64,000 bases of DNA from Leptospiraceae bacterium (GCA_040217195.1 JAVJNR010000006.1:128001-192000), one strand, 5' to 3'; counted from the stretch's first letter, positions 50,713-61,054 are shown. A program made the numbers and translations. The notes: a model not told the origin generated them from the letters alone.

Positions 50713-51078
50713 TGAATTACCCCTTGAAGATTATCGAAGTCCAGAGGTTGATATTACTAAACTAATGGGAAAGCGTTTTTTGATTTGAATTAGTGAAAAT
50801 TGTGCGGTCATAGCAAAAAGATCAATTTGCGCAGGGGACTGGGTATGCGATGGTTTGCACCAGAGCCTGGGCTTCTGCGATGGTATCGCTCCTGGACCCG
50901 GCACCTTCGGCAAATCGCATGAGGCAGACCGAAGAGGGGCCATAGCCTGGAAGGAAGATACACTCCCTGGCAAGGCACGATGTGGCAGTAGTTTTTCTAA
51001 ATGGCCTCCTGGCCTGAGAGAACAAAAGGGCCGAAGTTTACAGAATTGGGGGGTCTTGCGCTCAATGGAGTATCCAAT

Positions 51079-51405
51079 TTATTGATTGTCCATTCTTGGG
51101 AACTTTCCATGAAAATCATCAGCCGCGAATTGTTCAAAGTTTACCAGAAGGTTTCTGATACTCGGCTCAGGAGTTTCGGACGATGACTTGTAGCTTTTTA
51201 ATGACCGCAAAGCCAGGGCCCGGGCTCCGTTCATGTTCTTTCTCTTCACGTGCTCCAGAGAGGCGGCCAACTGAATCAATGCCAGATGAAGCGAAGGCCG
51301 GGGCCTACCATGCTCAATCCAGATTTCTTCCATCAGTTCATGGGCATCATAGAATTCTTGCGAATTGATCAATTCCTGAAAACCAATGAATTGTTCCGAT
51401 AGCAT
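51079..51405 (-). CDS. DUF309-family protein
   Basis: FYDAHELMEEIW...LIQLAA..EH....N..GA. Confidence 0.8.
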   Translation of the reverse strand: MLSEQFIGFQELINSQEFYDAHELMEEIWIEHGRPRPSLHLALIQLAASLEHVKRKNMNGARALALRSLKSYKSSSETPEPSIRNLLVNFEQFAADDFHGKFPRMDNQ

Positions 51406-51490
51406 ATAGGTCTATGACATCGAGGATAGCAGCATTTAGCAAAGAATTTTCTTTTGCGAACCAGGATGAAATGGAGTCGCTTACGGCTTT

Positions 51491-53047
51491 CTAGAACCAG
51501 CTACTCTTCCTTCGCCGACTTTTTTTAAGCCCTATGGCACCCATGAGCCCCCGGGTAATCTCTCGAGCAACCGTTCGACCTACATCCCGGACAATCTTAC
51601 TATCGAACACTTTTTCCATCAAGGACTCTTCCTCTTCGGTTTTTCTTTGCGATTTCCGTGTGCTCCCTTTTTTATCGTCGTTCGAATCTTCCAGGCGTTT
51701 CTCTGCCTTTTCGTTCAGGATTTCATAGGCGCTTTTGCGATCCACGGATTCATTGTATTTCTGTGCAAATTCAGAGGCCTTTACCAGATCATTTACTTCT
51801 GCAGTGCTCAGCACATCCATTCTGGAGCAAGGGGCGCACATAAGACTGTGCACAAGGGGGGTAGGCTTTCCTTTCTCTGTCAGGCCGGTAATCATGGCTT
51901 CGCCGATTCCCAGTTCAGTGAGAAGACGGTCAGTCTTATAATCATCGCTCAAAGGGAAGTTTTCTGCAGCGGTCTTGATGGCCTTTCTATCTTTGGCGGT
52001 AACCGCTCGTAGTGCATGCTGCACTCTGGTTCCAAGTTGCGAAAGCACGGCAGCCGGAACATCCTGTGGATTCTGAGTTACGAAAAAAAGACCCACTCCC
52101 TTGGAACGAATTAGCTTGGTCATGGTTTCTATTTGTTCCAGAAGAGTTTTGCTTGCACGATCGAATATTAGGTGGGCTTCGTCTAGAAAGATTACAAGCT
52201 CAGGTTTATCCGGATCGCCCAGTTCTGGCATCTCTTGATAGATTTCGGCCAATAGCTGCAGCATAAACGTAGAAAACAGAGCAGGCTTGCTTTGCATGTC
52301 CATGAGTCGGACTATGGAAATGACTCCCTGTCCGTTTCTCTTTTGAAGTAGGTCCTTAACTTCAAAGGAACGTTCGCCAAAAAATTCATCCGCCCCTTGC
52401 TGTTCCAGGGCTACTATTTTGCGAAGAATAGTGCCGGTGGATGCGCCGGAAACCTTTCCGTAGTCTTCCTCGAAGGATTCTTTACCGTCCTCCATTACGA
52501 AGGTTAGGGCCTTCTTTAGGTCTTTAAGGTCCAGAAGTAGCAGTCCTTTATCGTCGCAGAACTGCATAATAACGGTGAGTACGGAAGACTGGGTATCATT
52601 CAGATCAAGTATTCTAGACAGAAGAAGAGGACCAAACTCAGTAACCGTGGCTCTTAGAGTTCCGCCTTTTGATTTCTTGCTCAGACTGTAGAGCTCGCAG
52701 GGCAGGGCCATGGGCTTGTAATCTGCTCCGATGGTTTTCATCCTCTTTAGGATGCCATCGCTTTTTTCTCCCGGAGCGGCCAGTCCTGAAAGGTCACCCT
52801 TAATATCCATGACCAGGCAGGGCACGCCCTGCAGGGATAGTTCGCCTGCCATATGTTGCAGAGATTTCGTTTTTCCTGTACCGGTTGCCCCTGCGATAAG
52901 ACCATGCCTGTTTAAAGTCTTAAGGGGGAGTCGAATTTGACAGCCTTTCTGCGGCTCCCCATCCTTCATGGCCAGTCCAAGAAGGATGCTTTTGTCCGGG
53001 TCCAGTTCGTATGCTTTGTTGATTCTAGATGCGAAATCAGTGGCCAT
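51491..53047 (-). CDS. DUF853/YjgR HerA-like ATPase
   Basis: NRHGLIAGATGTGKT, DIKGDLSG, DEAH, IRSKGVG, TQNP, QHALRA. Confidence 0.9.
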   Translation of the reverse strand: MATDFASRINKAYELDPDKSILLGLAMKDGEPQKGCQIRLPLKTLNRHGLIAGATGTGKTKSLQHMAGELSLQGVPCLVMDIKGDLSGLAAPGEKSDGILKRMKTIGADYKPMALPCELYSLSKKSKGGTLRATVTEFGPLLLSRILDLNDTQSSVLTVIMQFCDDKGLLLLDLKDLKKALTFVMEDGKESFEEDYGKVSGASTGTILRKIVALEQQGADEFFGERSFEVKDLLQKRNGQGVISIVRLMDMQSKPALFSTFMLQLLAEIYQEMPELGDPDKPELVIFLDEAHLIFDRASKTLLEQIETMTKLIRSKGVGLFFVTQNPQDVPAAVLSQLGTRVQHALRAVTAKDRKAIKTAAENFPLSDDYKTDRLLTELGIGEAMITGLTEKGKPTPLVHSLMCAPCSRMDVLSTAEVNDLVKASEFAQKYNESVDRKSAYEILNEKAEKRLEDSNDDKKGSTRKSQRKTEEEESLMEKVFDSKIVRDVGRTVAREITRGLMGAIGLKKSRRRKSSWF

Positions 53048-53120
53048 GGACCAATATGAAAAAATTGGAAGGCCAGGTCAATCCAAACGCCGGCCCCAGG
53101 CGTTGAGCCTTAATCGCGTA

Positions 53121-53843
53121 TTAGTGAGACTCTTTCCAGTAATCTTTCAGAAATCCATCTCGGCCGGAACCGACTCGATAGCGGTTGTAATGTACCGGGT
53201 TCTTCTTGTAGTAATCTTGATGGTAATCCTCTGCAAGCCAGAACTTGCCGGAGAATGGCAGAATTCTAGTGACGATGGGCTTTTCGAATCGCCCGGACTG
53301 TGCGAGTTCCTGTTTACTTGATTCTGCCAGGCTTTTCTCCTCTGGCGTCTGGTAAAAGATGACTGTGCGATATTGCTCGCCTATGTCATAGAATTGACCA
53401 TTGTCCTGCATCGGATTAATATTTCTCCAAAAGATTTTTAAGAGTTCTGAGTAGGTAATCTCCTCTGGATCGTACAGAACGATAACAGACTCAATGTGCT
53501 TTGTGGAACCGGAGGCAACTTCTTTGTAGGAAGGGCCCTGCTTCTCTCCGCCGGTATATCCGGAATACACTTCTTTGACTCCGGGTACCTTTTCGAATGG
53601 ACCTTCCATGCACCAGAAACAACCGCCGGCAAAGATGGCTACGGAATACTCGGTGTTTTCCAGGTCGAAGGCCTTTGTAGAACCTGACTCTGCTCTTGCT
53701 TGATTTGCATCGCCGCAGGAGAATAGAAGTGAGGAAACTACCAGCAGGGCTCCCAGGCGACTGGTAGCACGGTTCTTGCGAATCCCATTTCTTGATCTGG
53801 TCGTCGCTTCGAGTGATGTCTTGCTTACTTCGCCTGGTTCCAT
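53121..53843 (-). CDS. msrA: Peptide methionine-(S)-sulfoxide reductase, probably exported lipoprotein
   Basis: AGGCFWC, GYTGG, AEDYHQDYY; lipobox LFSC; GGAG before ATG 53843. Confidence 0.92.
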   Translation of the reverse strand: MEPGEVSKTSLEATTRSRNGIRKNRATSRLGALLVVSSLLFSCGDANQARAESGSTKAFDLENTEYSVAIFAGGCFWCMEGPFEKVPGVKEVYSGYTGGEKQGPSYKEVASGSTKHIESVIVLYDPEEITYSELLKIFWRNINPMQDNGQFYDIGEQYRTVIFYQTPEEKSLAESSKQELAQSGRFEKPIVTRILPFSGKFWLAEDYHQDYYKKNPVHYNRYRVGSGRDGFLKDYWKESH

Positions 53844-53978
53844 TGTATTGCTCCAATTCGGAAAAAGATTCCTTCTGTACAGAGGAAATTTCGCCTGCGG
53901 AGCCCCGCAGGTTACAGCAAAGACTTTACCGGGTATCAAAACGATGTATAGTGGCCGGAAGCGATCCGGGAGACATAA

Positions 53979-56123
53979 ATGCGATTTGGAGAATTCTTGG
54001 TACAACAAGGGGCAATTACAACCTCAGAATTGCTATCTGCATTGGAAACCCAGCGGCAGAGTTCCCGAAATTTGGCCCTTCTGGAGATCACCGGGGACAC
54101 AATTACGGAAGGGGATCTGGTCCGGATCGACAGCCATCAGAAGTATGCAAGAAAAAGCTACGTTCAGTGCCTGCTGGAGCTGCGGATTCTTACAGAAGCT
54201 CAAGTAGATAATTATAAGGAATTAATCAATACTTACAGAATCCCTCTGGGCGAGATACTGCAGCGAATGGAGGTTCTTTCCCGGGGTGAAGTGCGTCACT
54301 GGCATGATCTGTATGAAGTAAGGAAGGAACGTACAGATGGGCTTGTTCGAATACTCTCCGGCGATGATTCATTTGCCCATTTCACTCAGGATGAATTGAT
54401 CACCCTCACTCGTAGCGCACATTTGATGCATGTTCAACCCGGAGAGTTGATTTACGCAGAGGATACTCCTGCTGATGCAGTATATATAATCGAAACAGGA
54501 ATGGTCTTTCTCAGTGCAGGTAGTGGTCAGGAAGCCATGGAGATTGGAGTACTCCAATCCGGCTCTATTTTCGGATTGCATGCGGCTGTCCTGGGAGAGG
54601 ATCGACTGGAGGCTGCTCGGGCAGTATATTCGGGCCACATCTGGAAAGTGGATTACTCTGAGATTCGCATGATTGTTGATAAGGCTCCTGAGCAATCTCT
54701 TGACCTGACAAAGAGCGCTGCCCGCAACATGTCCTACATACTTCGCAGCGTACGGGATCGCAAACGGGCTTTTGAAAGCAATGTGTTCACCATTTTCCAT
54801 GTGCGCTCAGACGCTTCCTCCTCTGTCGATTTTTCCGTTTCCTTATTGGCCGGACTGGAGAATCATATATCAGGAAAAACGCAGGTCATATTCAATCGCA
54901 CTCAAGACGAATTTCCTGAAGGAACTTCAGATTTCTCTTCTGGTTCTCTCAACCTCCTACATTTGCCAGGATTGAACGAATCAAAAGATTACCACCGACT
55001 CCTTGGATGGATTCATGAAGAGGCCAGGCATATAGAAAACCTTATATTTTTTGTTGAAATGGATCCTCACAGGGGAATTTCTCAGGAGTTGATGGGTCTC
55101 TTATCGGAGAGTAGTAGGCAGACCGTTACAGTGTGCGAAGACTCCCGAGTACCTGCGGGTCTGGAGTTCAACCCTCGAAAGGATCGAGTGTACTTGCAGC
55201 GAAGTCATGAACCAGACCAGGGGCATGACTTTGATTTATTGAAACAGAGAGTCGGCAAGGTGCTCGGGCCAGTACTCATTGATCTGTCCGACAAAACATC
55301 CATCGAATTGATCCAGAGACGCTTGTTTCGTAGGGAGGTTGGAGTTGTCTTTGGAGGCGGAGGAGCAAAATGTCCGGCCCACATAGGTGTTATGGCTGTC
55401 CTGGAAGAAGAAGGTATTCCGGTGCATATGGTTGCTGGAAGCAGCAGCGGAGCACTGATTGGTGGACTATGGTGCCATGGTTACGGTGCCACAGAGTTAG
55501 AAAAGATTTATCTGGACTTCTGGCAGTACAAGAAACAAAGATTTCCGGACTGGGTTCTTCCCTTTCGCGGCCATGTTGCTGGTGGAAAACCCGGGAGTCG
55601 ATTCTTGCTGAAGCACATGGGTGATTCGAAGACCTACGATTGTAAGATCCCCTTCTATCCGGTAGCTGTTGATTTTAAACGAGGCAAGGATATACCCCTT
55701 TATGGGATTACAATGGAAAGGGCGATTTTTGGCTGTCAGTCGATTCCTGGTTTTCTGCCTCTGGTGCCCTACGAAGACACTTACCTGGCCGACACAGCAC
55801 TTGCTAACAACGTTCCTTCTTCGGTATTGGCATCCGAAGGAGCCGCTGCCATTATCAGTGTTAATATCAGTCCATCCCCAGAGGGTACCTTTCGGGGACA
55901 TTCATCAGTTCCGGGCAATATATTAAGAAGTTCAGAAGTGATGATGCATCAGACCACGTCCAGACACGTAGAGTTTACCGATATCGAAATCAAACCAGAC
56001 GTAGGGATGTACGGAATGTTTGACTTTGATAAGAGCGATGTTTTTATCAAACTCGGCCGCGAAGCCACGCAAAAAAAGATACCCGAAATTCGCGCTCTGC
56101 TAGAGCAGCGAAACCTACTGTAG
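53979..56123 (+). CDS. Patatin-like phospholipase with N-terminal MshEN-like motif and cNMP-binding domain
   Basis: RFGEFLVQQGAIT...LETQ; cNMP domain (GELIY.E, YIIETG, FG); patatin GGGGAK, GSSSG, D-T-A. Confidence 0.85.
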   Translation: MRFGEFLVQQGAITTSELLSALETQRQSSRNLALLEITGDTITEGDLVRIDSHQKYARKSYVQCLLELRILTEAQVDNYKELINTYRIPLGEILQRMEVLSRGEVRHWHDLYEVRKERTDGLVRILSGDDSFAHFTQDELITLTRSAHLMHVQPGELIYAEDTPADAVYIIETGMVFLSAGSGQEAMEIGVLQSGSIFGLHAAVLGEDRLEAARAVYSGHIWKVDYSEIRMIVDKAPEQSLDLTKSAARNMSYILRSVRDRKRAFESNVFTIFHVRSDASSSVDFSVSLLAGLENHISGKTQVIFNRTQDEFPEGTSDFSSGSLNLLHLPGLNESKDYHRLLGWIHEEARHIENLIFFVEMDPHRGISQELMGLLSESSRQTVTVCEDSRVPAGLEFNPRKDRVYLQRSHEPDQGHDFDLLKQRVGKVLGPVLIDLSDKTSIELIQRRLFRREVGVVFGGGGAKCPAHIGVMAVLEEEGIPVHMVAGSSSGALIGGLWCHGYGATELEKIYLDFWQYKKQRFPDWVLPFRGHVAGGKPGSRFLLKHMGDSKTYDCKIPFYPVAVDFKRGKDIPLYGITMERAIFGCQSIPGFLPLVPYEDTYLADTALANNVPSSVLASEGAAAIISVNISPSPEGTFRGHSSVPGNILRSSEVMMHQTTSRHVEFTDIEIKPDVGMYGMFDFDKSDVFIKLGREATQKKIPEIRALLEQRNLL

Positions 56124-56125
56124 CT

Positions 56126-57457
56126 CTAATCAGAATTCGATTTGGTCCGTTTCTCTCGGTAGGCGGTTGCCAGAATCAGGAATGCAAGCAGGCACAGAAA
56201 TGCTCCGAAATAACAGCTTGCTCGAATACCCAGGTCATCGCCGCGATCTTTGCCAAGAATCAAAAAAGATGCAAAGAAAGCCGCTCCGATGGTAAGTCCC
56301 ATCTTAAAACTGAAATTTCTACCAGCCACATAGATTGCCTCGGATACCTGGCCATCCCTTTCTCGGGCTTCTTCTATTAAATCGGTAATGACTGCCATGA
56401 CAAGCACCGTCATAGCTCCCAGGGGAATGCCGCCCAGACCAAATAGAATGATACCCTGAAGCACCGGGCTGAATTCATAGCGCCCCAGGGATCCAGCATA
56501 TAAAAGCAATACAGACAAAAAGCCGATGGTAGCGAGCATTACCGCTTTTTTTCCCCAGATCCGGGCTGCGAAATTTGCCAGGGGCGCTGTCAGAATGGAC
56601 GATGGAACCATGAGCAAAACCAGAAAGGCGTACAGTGATTCTTCTTTCTCGAGTAGCACAGTTACGTAGTAAACACCTCCGTTCTGGATTAGCTCCACGC
56701 ATGCAAAGAAAATTGAATAGGCCGCAATAAAACCCAGAAAGGATCGATCCTTCAAAACCGCGCGAAACGATCCGGAGGCAATGTTTGGCTCTGTGATAGG
56801 GGTATCGGTTCCTCGAAGGGTGATCAATGGCACCAGCATAAACAGTGCGGCGATGAAAGCCAGGATACCGAATGAAATTTGGCGGGCCATAAGGGGAGTC
56901 TCACCCTGGTCCTCTAATAACGACCAGATTAGCGCGGACTGTGCTGCCAGGATAATTCCAGTGGATTCGCCCAGTCCCTGGGCCGTGGCCAGGTTGATTC
57001 GCTCGCTTTCCGTATGAGCAAGTGCGGACATATGAGCCAGGAAAGGAGTTACGTAAGCACTGAGAGCAACGAATACCAGTGTGTGGAAAACAGCAACCCA
57101 TATGATATTTAGAATTCCGGGCCCCGCTTCGGGCGGTAGATAAACCAGGGCTACGGCGATGGCCGCGACCAGGAATGCCTTCTCCATAAAGGGTAATCTT
57201 CGTCCTCGCGGGTTTGTTGACCGATCCGTCAGGTAGGCGATGTAGGGATCTGCAAGCAGGTCCACGATTCGGGCCCCTACTATTATGGCAGTAAGGGTGG
57301 AAAGAAACCCAAAGAATGCATAAGACGATATTAATTGAGGCAGGCCTTCATGCTCGGGCGGTGCATAGAAATTTACCCAGTAAAGAACAATCAAGAACAG
57401 AGGAACTGTATAGCCAGTGGCCCCCAGCCAGTAAGTTAGATAGTGAATTTTCTTCAT
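56126..57457 (-). CDS. MFS transporter, GPH/MelB family
   Basis: RIVDLLADP, DRS...GRRLPF, ERINL, GKK; about 12 TM. Confidence 0.85.
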   Translation of the reverse strand: MKKIHYLTYWLGATGYTVPLFLIVLYWVNFYAPPEHEGLPQLISSYAFFGFLSTLTAIIVGARIVDLLADPYIAYLTDRSTNPRGRRLPFMEKAFLVAAIAVALVYLPPEAGPGILNIIWVAVFHTLVFVALSAYVTPFLAHMSALAHTESERINLATAQGLGESTGIILAAQSALIWSLLEDQGETPLMARQISFGILAFIAALFMLVPLITLRGTDTPITEPNIASGSFRAVLKDRSFLGFIAAYSIFFACVELIQNGGVYYVTVLLEKEESLYAFLVLLMVPSSILTAPLANFAARIWGKKAVMLATIGFLSVLLLYAGSLGRYEFSPVLQGIILFGLGGIPLGAMTVLVMAVITDLIEEARERDGQVSEAIYVAGRNFSFKMGLTIGAAFFASFLILGKDRGDDLGIRASCYFGAFLCLLAFLILATAYREKRTKSNSD

Positions 57458-57570
57458 TATATATTAGTTTTAGTCCCTGAATATCCCATCTGGCATTTTT
57501 AAAGCAGAAGCGTCTGCAAACTTACTCCACCCGAGCGAATGCATTAAATGAACTGAGACTGTCTGCCTCC

Positions 57571-58293
57571 TCAGTTCTTACCACCCGAACTGTCAATCAT
57601 GACTGCCGGGCTGCCCGGTGCCGGGAAACTGTAAGAAAGATTGGATAACCTGGCGATTTCAACCATACAATCATGCAAGAATACTTCCGGCCGATCCTTC
57701 GCAGAGAAGCTTCGCGGCTCACTAAATCGTAGAATGGCTCTACCACGGGGGAATCCCTTCAAATATTCGATGCCTGCGCAGTATACAGTCAGTGGGCTGG
57801 ATTCTGGTGGTTTTCCGGCCAGAAAGCGAAAACCGGCAACCTTGCCTTCGCCCATGTTCTCTGGATATACGGTTTGTTCTGGAAAAAGGACCATCATATT
57901 TCCGGAACCTGGATTTAAGCCGCCCGGATTGCGCTCGAACAGAACCTTCCGTGCGAACTTCAAGTAATTGCGAGATTTTTCCGGCTTGTCCCGGTCCAGG
58001 GGAATACCACCTATTCGATAAAAGAAGCCCAGGTATCGTTTTCGGGCCAGGCTGGCCTTCATGATGCACCATGCATGTCTGCGAAAGGCCTTTAGCATCC
58101 CACGATATCCGAGAAGTATGTCCAGTTCTTGTCTGTGCTTTGCTAGAATCAGCACTGGACCGGTGGTCTGGGCTGAAGCCGGCAGACTATATTCTTGTCT
58201 GAACAGTATTCGCAGCAGGACAGCCCCTGCAAGAGATAACAGGGCCGATGCGATCCGAGTTTTTCCAGGATGCGTGGCGGTGGATGTGCTCAT
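57571..58293 (-). CDS. PlsC-like lysophospholipid acyltransferase
   Basis: KHRQELD (HX4D), GGIPLDR, LFPEQT. Confidence 0.8.
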   Translation of the reverse strand: MSTSTATHPGKTRIASALLSLAGAVLLRILFRQEYSLPASAQTTGPVLILAKHRQELDILLGYRGMLKAFRRHAWCIMKASLARKRYLGFFYRIGGIPLDRDKPEKSRNYLKFARKVLFERNPGGLNPGSGNMMVLFPEQTVYPENMGEGKVAGFRFLAGKPPESSPLTVYCAGIEYLKGFPRGRAILRFSEPRSFSAKDRPEVFLHDCMVEIARLSNLSYSFPAPGSPAVMIDSSGGKN

Positions 58294-58456
58294 TAATATT
58301 AGTCCATCTGAAACTTGTATTCAATTCCAGAGTGCGAAGATACTAAATACTGTGCAATCGATGGAAAGAGTTATTACACATCTGAACTGTTGCAGCGAAG
58401 TCAATTCTATTTATCTTCGAAGGGCCCATGGCCCGGCCATTTCTAATGCGTTGGGA

Positions 58457-59350
58457 CTATCGGTGGCCATGGGCGACAACACGATGATAGATCCACTGGA
58501 TAAGGGAGTTCTGTGAGTTGCTAACCTTCATGTTTCCTTCGGTAGAGGAACTTTGTTTGGATTTGCTGCGAAACCCTGTCAGGTGAACGATAAGCAGAAT
58601 CGCTGCAAGTGCCAGGGAGGCGATGGCCAGCCCATCGGCAAGGATGAAGCTATGCCAGTTTGCTGTTCGATATAAGAATGGCGGAGCCGGTAGCACCAGA
58701 ATCATTCCCATGAGTAAAAACAGTGAATAGGTGCGCATCTCTGCGAATAGCCTGCCTCCACTGCCCATGAGAATTGCGGCCACGGAAAGGTGAATCACCG
58801 CGAAGCCCGCATATTCGCCTGTGGGTCGTTCCGGAGGATTGGTGCCCAGAACAAATACAAAATTCCAGAGTATATAAGCGGCAATCCAGATCCTTCCCAG
58901 ATCGTATTCTACCCGACCGGCATTCCGTTGAATGCTCCCGGGACCCGTAAGAGTTAATATTAGTATCACACCTGCAACTGCATTCAAAAGGTTGCCACCC
59001 ATGGATCGTTCAGGACCTCCTGAAACAACATCCAGTATCTCAAAGGCCACAGCTTCCAGAATGTTGACTATGAAAATGATGTACAATGCAATTCGTGGCC
59101 AGTTTGGTTGACTGCCAGCGAATCTGTACCATCCCACGATCAGACAGGCAAGGCCAGTGGACAGAAACTTCAAATATGCGAATGCTCCATCGGTGTGCGA
59201 AAACTGAGACTGGAAAAGCGGAAAAGAAACTCCGCTGATGCAGAGTATAATGGCCAAAAAGAAAACAGATTTTGGCAGCCTGGATAATACAAAGGTCACC
59301 AGGGCAACGGTCAGGATCATTATTGCGATCCAGATTAATATCTCAATCAT
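58457..59350 (-). CDS. Multi-pass membrane protein of unknown function
   Basis: About 9 TM; VNILEAV, LNAVAG, AYILWNF motifs. Confidence 0.65.
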   Translation of the reverse strand: MIEILIWIAIMILTVALVTFVLSRLPKSVFFLAIILCISGVSFPLFQSQFSHTDGAFAYLKFLSTGLACLIVGWYRFAGSQPNWPRIALYIIFIVNILEAVAFEILDVVSGGPERSMGGNLLNAVAGVILILTLTGPGSIQRNAGRVEYDLGRIWIAAYILWNFVFVLGTNPPERPTGEYAGFAVIHLSVAAILMGSGGRLFAEMRTYSLFLLMGMILVLPAPPFLYRTANWHSFILADGLAIASLALAAILLIVHLTGFRSKSKQSSSTEGNMKVSNSQNSLIQWIYHRVVAHGHR

Positions 59351-59585
59351 CTGTTTCTCCAGATTGTGCAGAAATCAAAGATACCAATATACGGCAGGCA
59401 TGTTTCGAAGAGCACCGAATAGTTACAACTTTCCTGAAACTCTCTCTGGAACGCTTAAGCGCAAGAAGAATCGGAGAAATTGTTGTTTCGGGCCGGCATT
59501 TCCGGATCTCCGAATCGTTGAAGTCCCGGAGCGGAAGAAAGGAAAACTCATTGACCTGCTGGAAGAAAAAGCTGCATAGAATCCT

Positions 59586-60362
59586 ATGGAAATCGTATTT
59601 ACCTCCGATGCTCTGATTGCTCTTCTTACCCTGACGATACTGGAAATTGTTCTGGGTATAGACAACATTATCTTTATCTCAATCCTGGCCGGTAAACTCC
59701 CTGAGGAACAGCAGGCCAAAGCCAGACAGATTGGTCTTGCCCTGGCCATGATCATGCGAATCTTGCTGCTGCTTTCGCTAAGCTGGATCATGGGTCTTAC
59801 AAAGCCACTTTTTGTAGTAACTGATTTTCTTTCATTCTTGAGTCCTGCAGATTGGGCGGCCATATCCGGCCGGGACCTGATACTTCTGTTTGGTGGATTG
59901 TTCTTACTCGGAAAGGCTACTGTAGAGATTCATGGAAAACTGGAAGGGGATGAGGGGCATGGAGGAGCAAAGGCCCGAGGGAAGCTACTGGCAACTCTGT
60001 TCCAGATCATGCTACTGGACCTGGTATTCTCTCTGGATTCTGTAATAACCGCTGTAGGGATGGCGGACCAGCTCTGGGTGATGATCACAGCGGTTGTAAT
60101 TGCTGTGGGCGTCATGATGATTTCTGCCAGTGCAATCAGCAATTTTGTGAATCAACATCCGACGGTGAAGATTCTGGCTTTGAGTTTTCTACTTCTGATT
60201 GGTTTTTCCCTGGTAATCGAAAGTATGGAGTATCATGTACCAAAAGGTTACATCTACTTTGCCATGGGGTTTTCGGTTTTCGTAGAGCTGCTTAATATGA
60301 AGTTTCGTACCAAGCGAGCGGAACCTGTGCAACTCCATAGCGCTTACAAAGAAGAGAACTAG
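59586..60362 (+). CDS. TerC-family membrane protein
   Basis: LEIVLGIDNIIFI, DLVFSLDSVITAVG, KGYIYFAM. Confidence 0.93.
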   Translation: MEIVFTSDALIALLTLTILEIVLGIDNIIFISILAGKLPEEQQAKARQIGLALAMIMRILLLLSLSWIMGLTKPLFVVTDFLSFLSPADWAAISGRDLILLFGGLFLLGKATVEIHGKLEGDEGHGGAKARGKLLATLFQIMLLDLVFSLDSVITAVGMADQLWVMITAVVIAVGVMMISASAISNFVNQHPTVKILALSFLLLIGFSLVIESMEYHVPKGYIYFAMGFSVFVELLNMKFRTKRAEPVQLHSAYKEEN

Positions 60363-60379
60363 AAATACAAACCCGATCC

Positions 60380-60419
60380 CTAATGGGGTTCTGATTCCCA
60401 ATTATCAGGACCCCATTAG
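60380..60419. terminator. 16-bp stem-loop after the TerC-family gene
   Basis: CTAATGGGGTTCTGAT/ATCAGGACCCCATTAG (one G-U pair); no clear U-tail. Confidence 0.5.
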
Positions 60420-60500
60420 TCCGAACGGCATCTCTTACAGTCCAAGAAAAACAGGAAAAACTAGAGAGGAACGTCTCTGATTGATAGCTTAAGCTGAGTT

Positions 60501-60815
60501 TTTCGCACAATCGTTGGACTTTCCAAACTCAATGATTATTTCAATAAGTTGAATAAGAACCTGAACCAGGGTGGCTTTCGCTTTAAAGAGCTCCAGAGAG
60601 TAGAGGATGGCAGTTACTTTATGGAATGGGTTTTTGAAGCCCGATTGAAGAGGCCGGCCCGGAGTCTGCAGGCTTGCGGAGTATCCTAGCTCATTCTGGA
60701 CGAGAAGAAAGGCAGAATCCGCAGCCAGAGAGATTATTTTGATCCAGGAGAAATGTTCTACGAGAATGTACCGGTTCTGGGTCGCTTCATTCGGAAGCTA
60801 AAGGGATGGATCTAA
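60501..60815 (+). pseudogene. SnoaL/NTF2-like gene remnant
   Basis: Manual translation: FRTIVGLSKLNDYF...MEWVF...GVS*LILDEKKGRIRSQRDYFDPGEMFYENVPVLGRFIRKLKGWI*. 5' end missing; internal TAG at 60687. Confidence 0.75.
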
Positions 60816-61054
60816 TTAATGGTCCACCGATTGCGCCCATCAGGTCCGACCTGAGGTCGCATCTTCGTGCCGAGGATGCGCTCGCCATCCCATCATATAA
60901 TGCTGGATCAACCATCATCGGTTGATTGGCCCTCATCGCCCTGAATCATTGGGCAACACTGGGGGGCATGTGGATTTTTCGTCGAATACTGTTTTGTCCA
61001 GGCCTGCAGCAATATAACTATTGACCCGGACTCCATGATTTAGGTTCTTTAGGA

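Noticed and set aside
50720..51070. Riboswitch or sigma54 promoter in the intergenic gap
   Set aside because: GGCAAA is not followed by a c-di-GMP-I architecture, and GGCACGATGTGGC has GG-N9-GC spacing instead of N10.
51491..56123. Anti-phage system (HerA-type or CBASS CapV)
   Set aside because: The ATPase has DUF853/YjgR housekeeping motifs with no Sir2/nuclease partner, and no CD-NTase lies near the patatin.
44969..60689. Genome-wide TAG reassignment or pyrrolysine, suggested by two in-frame TAGs
   Set aside because: Many intact genes here end at TAG at their natural C-termini (bEBP, serB, TerC-family, patatin), and the second TAG is in a truncated remnant.
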